This document shows, piece by piece, positions 16,005-24,959 of a stretch of DNA of 24,959 nt. The stretch is from Sandaracinaceae bacterium (GTDB taxonomy: Bacteria > Myxococcota_A > Polyangia > Polyangiales > Sandaracinaceae): the NCBI GenBank assembly GCA_044220955.1, contig JBGAQA010000093.1, positions 1 to 24,959 on the forward strand. The letters run 5' to 3'. Every line of letters starts with the position of its first letter. Within the stretch, counting starts at the first letter, position 1. The position numbers were made by a program, and so were the translations under genes. The notes beneath the pieces were generated by a model. That model saw only the letters and a program-made list of their open reading frames with translations. It made no database searches and was not told the origin of the DNA.

Positions 16005-17387
16005 ATGACGACACGCCCCAGCCCGCTGCCCCGTGCCGCCTCCGCCTTCGCCGTGCTCCTGCTCGCCGCCGCGGGCGCCGCGCCGCTCGGCAGCCTCGCT
16101 CGCTCGCAGGAGAGCACCGGCCCGGTCGAGCAGGGCGCGACGCTCGAGGCGGCGCCGCCCGAGGGCCTCACGGTCGAGGGCGAGGAGCTCCCCGGCAACA
16201 CCGTCGTCATCGACGTCGACGCGCCGGAGCGCGCGCTCTACCGCATCGCGGTCCCCGACCTGCGCGGCGACGGCGCCATGGGTACCGAGGGCGCCGGCGT
16301 GCTCTCGAACGACTTCCGCCTCGTCTCGCTCTTCGAGGTCCTCGACCCACGCGGCTTCACCGCCGACCTCGACGCCGAGGGCCTGGGCATCCACGCAGGC
16401 AGCTGGCAGACCGTCGGCGCGCAGGGCGTGATCAAAGGACAGATCACGCGCACCGGCGGCCAGATCCGCGTGGAGATGCGCCTCTACGAGCTGAGCCACG
16501 GCGAGACCGCGACGCTGGTGCGCACGTACAACGGAGGCGCCGGCGAGCTGCGCAGCTTCATGCACGACTTCGCCAACGAGGTGCTCGCGATCCTCACGGG
16601 CCGGGCGGGCGCGTTCGGCACGCGCATCACCTTCGCGCGCCGCGTGCGCGAAGGGCGCAAGGACGTGTATGTCGCGAGCTTCGACGGCCACTCGGTCAGC
16701 CGAATCTCCCAGGGGCACGGCGTCGCGATGCTCCCGGCGTTCGGACCGGGCGGCATCTGGTACTCGATCCTCACCGAGACCGGGATGTTCATCACGCGGG
16801 CGAACCTCGATCCGGCGGAGACGCCGATCATCGACGCGCCCGAGAGCATCAACATGGGCATCTCGATCTGCGGTAGCCGCGCGTACTTCACGAGCACGCG
16901 CGACGGCAACAGCGAGATCTACTCGAGCGACCTCGACGGAACGAACGTCGTTCGCTTGACCGATCATCCGGGCATCGACGTCTCGCCGACGTGCGGCGGC
17001 CCGGGCGGGCTCGTCGCGTTCGTGAGCAACCGGCACGGGACTCCACAGATATTCGTGATGAACTCGCAGGGCGGCGGCGTTCGCCGCGTGACCTTCCGCG
17101 GCAGCTACAACCAGACGCCCGCGTGGTGCCCCGACGGCCAGCAGCACCTGATGGCGTTCACCGGGCGCAGCGGGGGCCTCGACGTGTTCACCGTCGACGT
17201 CGAGACGCAGCAGTACACCCGCATCACGCAGGGCCAGGGCGTGAACAAGGACCCGGCGTGGTCGCCCGACTGCCGGATGCTCGCGTTCTACTCGACCCGC
17301 GGCGGCATCTTCATCTCGAACCCCGAGGGCCTGAACCAGCAGATGGTCATCCCCGGCGTCGCCGAGACGCTGCGCTGGTCTCGCTGA
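16005..17387 (+). CDS. tolB: TolB (Tol-Pal beta-propeller periplasmic protein)
   Basis: Signal peptide; TolB_N-like RIAVPD...HDFANEVL..LTGRAGAFGTRITF; PD40 repeats (FTSTRDGNSEIY, RLTDHPGIDVSP, FVSNRHGTPQIF, PAWCPDG, PAWSPD). Start at ATG 16005. Confidence 0.9.
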   Translation: MTTRPSPLPRAASAFAVLLLAAAGAAPLGSLARSQESTGPVEQGATLEAAPPEGLTVEGEELPGNTVVIDVDAPERALYRIAVPDLRGDGAMGTEGAGVLSNDFRLVSLFEVLDPRGFTADLDAEGLGIHAGSWQTVGAQGVIKGQITRTGGQIRVEMRLYELSHGETATLVRTYNGGAGELRSFMHDFANEVLAILTGRAGAFGTRITFARRVREGRKDVYVASFDGHSVSRISQGHGVAMLPAFGPGGIWYSILTETGMFITRANLDPAETPIIDAPESINMGISICGSRAYFTSTRDGNSEIYSSDLDGTNVVRLTDHPGIDVSPTCGGPGGLVAFVSNRHGTPQIFVMNSQGGGVRRVTFRGSYNQTPAWCPDGQQHLMAFTGRSGGLDVFTVDVETQQYTRITQGQGVNKDPAWSPDCRMLAFYSTRGGIFISNPEGLNQQMVIPGVAETLRWSR

Positions 17388-17469
17388 GCGCTCGAGGTCT
17401 CCCTGACTCGACGACGGTCTCGGGCACGACGACGCCGGCGCGCGGGACGAGCGGTGTGCCTCGCGAGGC

Positions 17470-17552
17470 GATCCGTAGCGAGCCGAGTCGGAGCGAGGGG
17501 TGAGACGCGTCCGGCTCCGCCCGCGTCGAGGGTCTGCTCAGGGCCCCTCGAC
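17470..17552. repeat. REP-like element downstream of tolB
   Basis: CGTAGCGAG-ccgagt-CGGAGCGAGG (17474-17498) is the reverse complement of 12041-12059 with a 6-nt insert. Hairpin GTCGAGGG...CCCTCGAC at 17525-17552. Confidence 0.5.
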
Positions 17553-17743
17553 CACGTGCCGTGTCGTGATCGAGCGCGAGCTGCACGCGCAGCGCCCGCA
17601 CCAGCCCTGGTTGCGGGCCGTGTCCCACCCCCATCGGTGCGACCGACGCCGCCGGCGGCGATGCCGGGATCGCGCTCGTGCGCGAGAGCCGTCCGGCACG
17701 CACCCTCTCCCACGCGCTGGCCCGAGGTGCGTGATCCTCGGCC

Positions 17744-18889
17744 TCAGCCGTCGATCGGGGCCGCGAGCGCGACTCGCGGGAAGCGCGGCGCGCCGGGGTG
17801 CCCGCGCACCGCGGCGAGCACGCTCGCGATCTCCTCGAAGGGGGTCGTCGACTCGCCGCGCACCGTGACGAGCGCCCGATCCCCGAGCGAGGTCCACAGG
17901 ACGTCGAGGCACGCACCGACGGCGACGAGATCGAGCGAATCGCCGCCGCGTGGGGCCGTCACGCTCGACGAGTCGGTCGTCTCGGTGCATCCCGGCAGGG
18001 CCGAGCGCGACTCGACGACCACGCGCACCCCACGGCCTTCGACGTCGATGCCCACGAAGATCGGCGGCCCGCTGGTGCCTGTCGGCATCGGCTGGACGGT
18101 GGGCGGCGCCGGCGGGGGCGCGGGGACCGGCACGGTCACGCCGTCCCGCGCCGTGTCGTGCTCGCCCGTCGCCTCGCCGGCCAGCAGCGCGGCGAGCGCG
18201 CCTTCGCTCGCCGCGGCGGCGAGCTCGACGACGGGTTGCGCCGCGGCTGCGGCCCCGTCCGGGCCGGGCAGGTAGAGGTCGATCCCGCCGCCCTCCACCA
18301 GGAACGAGACCCCGTCCACTCCGGCCTGACCCGCCGTGTAGACGACGCCCGCGACGGTGCCGTAAGGGACCCGGCGTGCGATCGCGAAGGTGACGCGGCG
18401 GCGCGCCTCGTCCCCGTCCTCGGGGAGCACGGCCGAGGGCGGCGCCGGCGCAGGCGCGCTCAGACGTCCGAGCGCGCCGGCGAGCGGGTGGAGGATGAGC
18501 CCGTCCGCGTCCTCCGGTGCGAAGCGGCCCCCGTGGAGCGTCGCGACGCGTGCGATCGGAGGTGGCACCAGGCTCGCGAGGTCGCGCCCCACCGCGTACG
18601 CGTCTCCGACGGCCGCGAAGCGCGCTTGCACGGGCGGCAGCGCGTCGATCGCGATCGCGTCCATCGCCACCAGCACGCGCGCATCGCTCCGCGCGGGATC
18701 GCTCGCCACCCCCGCCGGCAGCGCGATCGCGCGGAGGGCCTCGTCGGACGCGCGCGCGAGCGGCACGAGCGCGTCGCGCAGCGCCCCGCCGGCGCGCTCG
18801 GCCTCCGACGGAAACAACCCTCGGACCGTGTCGCAGCCCATCACGAGCGGCGCCAGCAGCGCGAGCACGAGGAGTCCGGCGCTTCTCAC
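17744..18889 (-). CDS. Lipoprotein with two ExbD/TolR-like periplasmic domains
   Basis: GTG 18889 gives RSAGLLVLALLAPLVMG-C lipobox. Motifs VTFAIARRVPYGTVAGVVYTAGQAGVDGVSFLV and VTVRGESTTPFEEIASVLAAVRG..PRFPRVAL resemble the ExbD/TolR C-terminal xAD..vPY..v..v...a pattern. Confidence 0.6.
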   Translation of the reverse strand: MRSAGLLVLALLAPLVMGCDTVRGLFPSEAERAGGALRDALVPLARASDEALRAIALPAGVASDPARSDARVLVAMDAIAIDALPPVQARFAAVGDAYAVGRDLASLVPPPIARVATLHGGRFAPEDADGLILHPLAGALGRLSAPAPAPPSAVLPEDGDEARRRVTFAIARRVPYGTVAGVVYTAGQAGVDGVSFLVEGGGIDLYLPGPDGAAAAAQPVVELAAAASEGALAALLAGEATGEHDTARDGVTVPVPAPPPAPPTVQPMPTGTSGPPIFVGIDVEGRGVRVVVESRSALPGCTETTDSSSVTAPRGGDSLDLVAVGACLDVLWTSLGDRALVTVRGESTTPFEEIASVLAAVRGHPGAPRFPRVALAAPIDG

Positions 18890-19286
18890 CGCCCGAGGAT
18901 GCGCGGGCGCGCGCCTCCGCGTCCACCGCGTCGTGTGCGGGTCATGGCTCGAGACGGGACGACGCCTCGTCCCAGCGCGTCGGGTGACACCCAGCGCCGC
19001 CGCCCCGCACGTGGGCAGAGCGTCGGGGGGACGGCCGTGCACGTCCGAGCACCCGCCCATCGCCGCGGCAATCGCGGCGTAGCCCGGACGCGCACCGATC
19101 CGGTCGAACGCGCGCTCGGCGGCGCGGATCGCGTCGAGCCTGTCCGGGAGTGCGCTCAGGTCCTGCCCGTCGCGCGAGGAGAGCGCCCGTTCGCGACCGG
19201 GATAGCGCAGCCGAACGCGATGGCACGGTGTCCGGCGCGGCCCTCGGAGCGAGTCGACGGCCCGCGTATCCTTGCGCACGAGGGTC

Positions 19287-20243
19287 ATGGGCAGGCACCA
19301 CGGCTTCGCGCGCGATCCCGCAGCGCCGACGCAGCGGGCGCGGCGGCGCCGCCGGTGGCTCGCGACGGTCCTCGTCCTCGGGACGTGGAGCCTCGTGATC
19401 CCCTTCGCGGCGCTGATGTTCCACGACGGAACCGACTCGTCGCGCTCGGGAGTCGCGAGGAAGCGCGCCGCGGCCTGGATCGCGAAGGTCGCCGGGATCG
19501 ACCTTCCGCTCCCCGGAAGCGAGCACGTGCGCCTCGCGGCGTGGAGCCTGCTCGGCACGGGGAGCGCGCTCGCGGCCCTGATCCTCTACCGGCGATGGCG
19601 CTCGTCGGCCCGTGAGAAGGAGCTCGCCGGCGTGGGCCCCGGACGTCCCGTCGCGGCGCGACCCGCGGCTGCGCTGCATCCGACGCCGGTGACCTCGTCG
19701 CCGCCCGCAGCATCGTCGCCTCCGGGGCTCGTGAGGTTGTGCGTCGCCGTCCCGTCGGAGCGACGCGCGGCGCTCGAGGGACGGCTCCGCACGGCGCCGT
19801 CCGTGCACGCGCTCCTCGCCGAGACGATCGAGCGAGAGGTCACCTCGCGGCAGGGCGAGGCCCTCGTCTGGCTCGAGCTGACCTCGGGGGCGTCGGCAGA
19901 CGAGCCCGCGCCCGACGCGGAGGTCGCGATGCGCACGCTCGACGCGCTCGTGCGACGCGACGCGCCGAGCCACGAGGGCGGCTTCCGCGACCCTGCCTCG
20001 CTGCGCTCCGCGCTGGGACCGGGCCACGCCGTCCTCGTCATCACGATCGTCGCGCACGACGTCGTGCTCCCGTCCCACGATCTCGACGACCGTGCGCGAG
20101 TCGCATCCGCGGTCGCGGGCCTGCTTCCGATCGCGCCCGAGGCCGTGCTGCACCACGCGTACCGCTTCATCCCCGACGACGCGAGCCGCGCGTTCGACGA
20201 CGCGACACTCCGCGCGACGTTCCCCGAGCTACGCCGGCTCTGA
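19287..20243 (+). CDS. Membrane protein with a probable DUF1517-like C-terminal domain
   Basis: Two hydrophobic segments; LVRLCVAV...; C-terminus FIPDDASRAFDDATLRATFPELRRL resembles the DUF1517 ending (W.P....D.LS..EL...YP.L..L) as I recall it. Confidence 0.55.
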   Translation: MGRHHGFARDPAAPTQRARRRRRWLATVLVLGTWSLVIPFAALMFHDGTDSSRSGVARKRAAAWIAKVAGIDLPLPGSEHVRLAAWSLLGTGSALAALILYRRWRSSAREKELAGVGPGRPVAARPAAALHPTPVTSSPPAASSPPGLVRLCVAVPSERRAALEGRLRTAPSVHALLAETIEREVTSRQGEALVWLELTSGASADEPAPDAEVAMRTLDALVRRDAPSHEGGFRDPASLRSALGPGHAVLVITIVAHDVVLPSHDLDDRARVASAVAGLLPIAPEAVLHHAYRFIPDDASRAFDDATLRATFPELRRL

Positions 20244-20468
20244 GCCTCGATTTCGCTCCTGCCCGGCGCGAGCGAGCGATCTCGGACGCGACACGCATGA
20301 CGGTGAGGGTCGCGAGGGTGTGATGGCGTGATTCCGGCGCTCGGTCAGCTCGTTACGGACGAAGGCGGCAGGGGATGCGCGTGCCGACGCTCGATGCGAG
20401 GCGACGCGGCAGGCACGCTCCCGTCCGTCGAGTCGCGAACCGCGATGCCACCATGGTGGAGCGCGGTG

Positions 20469-20609
20469 GGGTCCCCGCGCGTTCGACGCGTGGGGCCCGT
20501 GCGACTGCGTGAGCCTCTCGCGGCAGCGCGTCGATCCCCGAGCGCGCCGCGCTCGAAGAGGGAGGGTGGGGTCCAGGGGTGAGGGAACCGTAGGTTCCCT
20601 CGCCCTTGG
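20469..20609. repeat. Hairpin cluster between convergent genes (REP-like, possibly terminating)
   Basis: GGGtCCCCgCGCGT-tcg-ACGCGtGGGGCCC (20469-20498) and CCAGGGGTGAGGGAACC-gta-GGTTCCCTCGCCCTTGG (20573-20609; 17-bp stem with two G-T pairs). Confidence 0.7.
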
Positions 20610-20629
20610 GGCCGAGCGGCCCGGGCGAC

Positions 20630-22291
<1,662 letters not shown>

Positions 22292-22343
22292 GGGGACCGG
22301 GACGATACGACGCCCTGGCGCAACCGGGATCCCGGACTGCGCG

Positions 22344-22349
22344 TACAAT
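22344..22349 (+). promoter_or_regulatory. Putative sigma70-type -10 element
   Basis: TACAAT 11 nt before ATG 22361, in a very GC-rich background. Confidence 0.45.
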
Positions 22350-22360
22350 CACACCCGCCG

Positions 22361-22503
22361 ATGGCCGCTCGCGTGCGCGTGTTCTTCGAGCGATCGCGCT
22401 CGGCGTCCCCGGCGCGCCCACGTTCCAGGTAGGAGCCGAGCTGTTCTGGGGGCAGGACCGCCTGCTCTTCGTCGAGAACGCGCTAGCATCCGCGCAGGAC
22501 TGA
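22361..22503 (+). pseudogene. Internally deleted 2-hydroxychromene-2-carboxylate isomerase / DsbA-family (kappa-GST-like) gene
   Basis: ATG 22361 reads MAARVRVFF(E), like the family N-terminal beta strand before FDxxSP. A different frame from 22390 reads AIALGVPGAPTFQVGAELFWGQDRLLFVENALASAQD*, containing the family C-terminal GVxGxPTF...FWGQDRL signature. Confidence 0.8.
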
Positions 22504-22507
22504 ACGC

Positions 22508-23995
22508 GTGCTGACGCCTCACTTCACCGTCTTGCGGGTCCCCGTGCACGTGCAGCCGTTCTTCTGGCTGCTGGGCTTCCTCTTCGCGAGCGATCGCTAC
22601 GCGGAGGGCTCCCTGTTCAACGGCACGTTCCACATCGTGGAGCCGATCTCGTTCGGCCTCTGGTTCCCGATCGTGTTCACGGCGGTGCTCTTCCACGAGC
22701 TCGGGCACGCGCTCGTGGGCCGCCGCTTCGGCGCCACGCCCTTCGTCGTGCTCACGGGCCTCGGCGGCTACACGCAGCTGCACGGCCAGCGCTTCACCCC
22801 GGGCCGCGCGGCGATCGTGTCGTTCGCGGGGCCGCTCGTCGGGCTCACGATCGGCGGCGCGGTCCTGCTCTACACGATGGTCACGCCGCTGCACCACCCG
22901 CCGGTGGTGGGCAACGCGCTGCGCGACGTCGTCTTCACGAACCTCGCGTGGGCGATCTTCAACCTGATCCCGATCGTCGGCCTCGACGGCGGCAACATCA
23001 TGGCGGCGCTCTTCGACAAGGGCTTCGGCCAGCGGGGCGTGCGGGCGGCGCTGGTGATCTCGATCTTCATCGCCGTCGCCATCATCACCCTCTTCTGGTG
23101 CCTCACGGCCGTGACCCACGGGGCGCCTCCGCTCTGGGAGACGCTGCTCTTCGGCTACTTCGCGGTGCGCAACTACCGCGACTGGCAGAGCCTCGGCCGC
23201 TGGTCGGACAAGCTGCGACCGCAGCCGGGAACGACGCGCCCCGTCCGAGGGAGCGCGGCGCCGGCCGGAGCTGCCGCGGGCCCCAGCGACGAGCGCATCG
23301 ACGCCGAGATCGAGCGAGGCTTCAAGGCGCTCGAGGATCGCAACGCCACGCTCGTGCGCTCGATCGGCGAGAGCCTCGTGCCCTTCGTGCGCTCGGCCGA
23401 CCAGCGCTTCCAGGTCGCGCACCTCGTCTCGTGGGGGCGCCTGCTCTCGGGCGACGTGAGCGGCGCGCGGCGGGCGCTTCAGCAGCTGATCCCGCCCGGG
23501 CAGCTCCCCGACGCGCTCCTCGAGGGCGCCATCCGGCTCGAGCTCGGAAACGCGGCAGAGGCGGTTCCCTCGCTCGCGGAGGCGATCGTCGATCGCAGCG
23601 ACGACTTCGTCGCGACGCGGCTGGCCCGCGCGGTGGTGTCGAGCGGCCGTATCGATCCGGTTCTGGGGCTGCTCGCCAAGGAGGAGCTCGCCAAGAAGAT
23701 CGGCGCGCGCCCGTTCCAGATCATCAGCTCCGAGCTCGCGTATGCGGGCCGCCACGAGGCTGCGCGCCAGGTCGGCGAGGAGCTCTTCGCGCGCTTCCAC
23801 GAGGGGGCCGACGCCTTCAACGTCGCGTGCGCGCTCGGCCGTCTCGATCGCGCCGACGACGCGCTCGTCTGGCTCGAGAAGGCGCTCGAGGCCGGGCTCC
23901 CCGACAAGAGCGTGATCGACACCGACGCCGACATCGCTTCGGTGCGAGAGCTCCCGGGCTTCCGGGCGATCCGCGAGAAGGCCGGGCTCGCGTAG
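22508..23995 (+). CDS. Site-2 protease (peptidase M50) with C-terminal TPR region
   Basis: LFHELGHAL (HExxH), VSFAGP, FNLIPIVGLDGG (NxxPxxxLDG), several TM helices; tail AFNVACALGRL..ALVWLEKALEAG...DADIASVR. Confidence 0.9.
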   Translation: MLTPHFTVLRVPVHVQPFFWLLGFLFASDRYAEGSLFNGTFHIVEPISFGLWFPIVFTAVLFHELGHALVGRRFGATPFVVLTGLGGYTQLHGQRFTPGRAAIVSFAGPLVGLTIGGAVLLYTMVTPLHHPPVVGNALRDVVFTNLAWAIFNLIPIVGLDGGNIMAALFDKGFGQRGVRAALVISIFIAVAIITLFWCLTAVTHGAPPLWETLLFGYFAVRNYRDWQSLGRWSDKLRPQPGTTRPVRGSAAPAGAAAGPSDERIDAEIERGFKALEDRNATLVRSIGESLVPFVRSADQRFQVAHLVSWGRLLSGDVSGARRALQQLIPPGQLPDALLEGAIRLELGNAAEAVPSLAEAIVDRSDDFVATRLARAVVSSGRIDPVLGLLAKEELAKKIGARPFQIISSELAYAGRHEAARQVGEELFARFHEGADAFNVACALGRLDRADDALVWLEKALEAGLPDKSVIDTDADIASVRELPGFRAIREKAGLA

Positions 23996-24023
23996 CGAGT
24001 CGAGCGCGTCGACCGCTCGTTCG

Positions 24024-24857
24024 TCAGTCGCGGCGGATCCCCTCGACGTCCAGGGCCGCGGCGTAGGCCACCGTCATGACGGCGCGCATCGCGTGGTCGA
24101 GCGACGCGCGGTCGACCTCCGTCATCACGTCGTTCGCCGTGTGGTGCAGATCGAAGTAGCGCGTACCGTCCTGCTCGATGTCCGCGGGCGGCACACCGCC
24201 CTGCTCGTGCATCGGACCGATGTCGGCCCCGCCGTGCGGCTCCTCTTCGGTGTCCCACGCGACCCCCATCGGCTCGAGCAGCGCGGCGATGCGGGCCCAC
24301 GCCTCGTCACGGCCGGGCGTCCGGAGCGCCCAGGCGCGGCCGTCGCCGAAGTCGGCCTCCATCGCCAGCACGTGCGAGGCGAGCTCGCTCGCGTGCGCGT
24401 CGGCGTATGCGTGCGCGCCGGCGCCGCCGTTCTCCTCGTTGGCGAAGAGCACCACGCGCACGGTGCGCCGGGGTGGTGTCGGGCCCGTCGCGATCTGGCG
24501 CGCCGCCTCGAGCACGATCCCCACGCCGGCCCCGTCGTCGACGGCGCCACGCCCGAGATCCCACGAGTCGAGGTGTGCGCCGAGCAGCACGACCTCGCCC
24601 GGGCGCTCGCTCCCGACGACCTCGCCGACGACGTTCGCGCTCTGCGCGTCGGGGGCCTCGTGGCAGCCGAGCTCCATCCGGAGGCGGACGGTCTGGCCGC
24701 GCGTGATCACACGTCCGATGACGTCGGCGTCGGCGTTGCTGATGGATGCGACCGGGATGCGCGGCTGCGCCTCGTCGTAGTGCATCACGCCCGTGTGCGC
24801 GAAGCGGGTCGCGTCGGTGCCCACGGACCTAATCACGACGGCGAGGGCGCCGCGCCG
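24024..24857 (-). CDS. M28 family metallopeptidase (carboxypeptidase Q-like), 5' part missing
   Basis: GALAVVIRSVG..HTG, NVVGEVVG, LGAHLDSWD, AVDDGAG, FANEENG, EADFG, YFDLHHTAND. The N-terminal part and signal peptide are absent. Confidence 0.85.
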   Translation of the reverse strand, partial: RRGALAVVIRSVGTDATRFAHTGVMHYDEAQPRIPVASISNADADVIGRVITRGQTVRLRMELGCHEAPDAQSANVVGEVVGSERPGEVVLLGAHLDSWDLGRGAVDDGAGVGIVLEAARQIATGPTPPRRTVRVVLFANEENGGAGAHAYADAHASELASHVLAMEADFGDGRAWALRTPGRDEAWARIAALLEPMGVAWDTEEEPHGGADIGPMHEQGGVPPADIEQDGTRYFDLHHTANDVMTEVDRASLDHAMRAVMTVAYAAALDVEGIRRD

Positions 24858-24959
24858 GTGCTCTCCGGCTTCGCGGGCGGCCGCGACGCGATCGCGACGC
24901 TGCGCGCCGACGCGGGCGCGGCGACGTGGGCCGCCGCGGCCGTCGCGCTCCGTCCCGAC

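Noticed and set aside
15117..17147. 676-aa ThiD fusion
   Set aside because: The extension is the antisense of tolB; ThiD motifs begin at ATG 15887.
17388..17743. pal gene or remnant after tolB
   Set aside because: No lipobox or OmpA-like motifs seen in the frames I read.

Overview
Very GC-rich bacterial DNA. The gene content (many lipoproteins, an FG-GAP/MopE-motif protein, a Hanks-type Ser/Thr kinase, Uma2 nucleases, boxC) suggests a myxobacterium, probably Polyangiales/Sandaracinaceae-like; this is inference. The core is a tolQ-tolR-tolA...tolB cluster with three oddities: a ~220-bp repeat-like insert between tolQ and tolR, a three-gene opposite-strand block (thiD, a Thr/Ala-repeat lipoprotein, Uma2) between tolA and tolB, and no pal. 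The cluster is flanked by a Cys-motif membrane protein upstream and by a lipoprotein with what look like two ExbD/TolR-type periplasmic domains downstream. Also present: a minus-strand run (alpha/beta-hydrolase lipoprotein, Ser/Thr kinase, di-heme cytochrome c lipoprotein, YHS lipoprotein), an orphan boxC, an M50 site-2 protease with a TPR tail, and a 5'-broken M28 peptidase. Several apparent intergenic gaps hold decayed gene remnants not in the ORF track, including an internally deleted HCCA-isomerase/DsbA-family gene. Other gaps carry GC-rich hairpins with 3-nt loops. No rRNA, tRNA, CRISPR array, transposase or integrase was recognised. All calls come from reading motifs by eye; no searches were run.
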